From Fibrobacter succinogenes subsp. succinogenes S85 (lineage in GTDB: Bacteria > Fibrobacterota > Fibrobacteria > Fibrobacterales > Fibrobacteraceae), in NCBI RefSeq assembly GCF_000146505.1, contig NC_017448.1, positions 2,430,001 to 2,462,000 on the forward strand: a stretch of 32,000 nt of DNA. The letters run 5' to 3'. The notes under the pieces are model-generated. The model did no database searches, was not told the DNA's origin, and was given only the letters and a program-made list of their open reading frames with translations. Made by a program: the position numbers and the translations under genes. This document shows, one piece after another, positions 31,722 to 32,000 of this stretch (position 1 is its first letter; each line of letters starts with the position of its first letter).

Positions 31722-31741
31722 CTTTTTCTATCATTCCTTCA

Positions 31742-32000
31742 ATGAATTTCGTCCGCATATTCCTTTTGCTGGGTGCGCTTGTCGCGTACTCTTTCGGAGC
31801 ATCCTCTTCTATGGAAAACCTTCTGTTCAATGGCCGCTGGGCCCATGATAACGGCGTAAGCCGCGCAAGTGCGCCTGCCGCATCCATCACGTTCAACGCC
31901 AAGGCCTCAAAGATTACCTTTACGGTCGAAGGCCATTCCCGCTGGCGTCTTGACCGTGACGGCAAGCAGATAGAACAGTTCAAAGTCGATTCCAAGGAAG
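31742..32000 (+). CDS. secreted protein, N-terminal part (runs off the right edge); possibly a CE2-type/SGNH esterase N-terminal beta-sandwich
   Basis: My translation: MNFVRIFLLLGALVAYSFGASSSMENLLFNGRWAHDNGVSRASAPAASITFNAKASKITFTVEGHSRWRLDRDGKQIEQFKVDSKE. Clear signal peptide. The GRW...ASITF.F.G pattern is reminiscent of carbohydrate-esterase-2 N-termini (weak). The opposite-strand 98-aa ORF is rejected. Confidence 0.6.
   Translation, partial: MNFVRIFLLLGALVAYSFGASSSMENLLFNGRWAHDNGVSRASAPAASITFNAKASKITFTVEGHSRWRLDRDGKQIEQFKVDSKE

Noticed and set aside
31699-31995. 98-aa minus-strand ORF at the right edge
   Set aside because: The + strand frame from 31742 has a textbook signal peptide and sits 20 nt downstream of the heptamer and leader architecture seen at 17312.
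1-32000. Search for tRNA, rRNA, CRISPR arrays, IS elements, integrases and prophage genes
   Set aside because: No intergenic region exceeds about 220 nt. None shows tRNA T-arm-like GGTTCGAATCC-type sequence. There are no regularly spaced 25-40-nt direct repeats, and no transposase- or integrase-like ORF was seen in any frame.

Overview
32-kb chromosomal window, almost entirely coding, with most genes on the + strand and a tightly packed co-directional run from 11664 to 28752. The content suggests a diderm of the Fibrobacteres-Chlorobi-Bacteroidetes group, probably Fibrobacter-like (inference only). The clues are many lipobox lipoproteins, a Por/T9SS-type C-terminal sorting domain, Bacteroidetes-style Ig-like and LolB/DUF4292-like lipoproteins, and word-like intergenic repeats. 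Confident calls are aroA, purA, lepB, a DnaQ-DinG exonuclease/helicase, an acyl-ACP thioesterase, a PBP4-type DD-peptidase, a Crp/Fnr regulator, a LytTR response regulator, a ComEC-type MBL hydrolase, an FGE/SUMF1-fold lipoprotein and an NlpE-like lipoprotein. I saw no rRNA, tRNA, CRISPR array, transposase, integrase or canonical defence or toxin cassette. There is no clear-cut novel system; the best candidates, all needing database checks, are these. (1) Two AT-rich islets (9.2-11.0 kb and 28.8-29.6 kb) encode secreted proteins of unknown function. Each is bracketed by the same pair of short elements: a conserved TGTCATGCCG...CGGCATCTCC hairpin on the left and a CCCATACC-type repeat on the right. 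(2) A family of GC-rich word-like intergenic repeats occurs at five sites. (3) (CTAAGTT)n heptamer arrays end 19-20 nt upstream of the start codons of two secreted-protein genes. (4) A 1136-aa M6/InhA-like protein has its HExxH zinc motif replaced by NQxxR, followed by FG-GAP-like repeats, a T9SS tail and an adjacent FGE-fold lipoprotein. (5) The DnaQ-DinG (XPD-like) helicase carries a Cys cluster at the Fe-S position, and a 631-aa protein with a p52/Tfb2-like helicase-associated domain lies just downstream. (6) A roughly 590-aa NMO/FabK-like protein has a Cys-rich tail. All domain calls come from reading motifs by eye; no searches were run.
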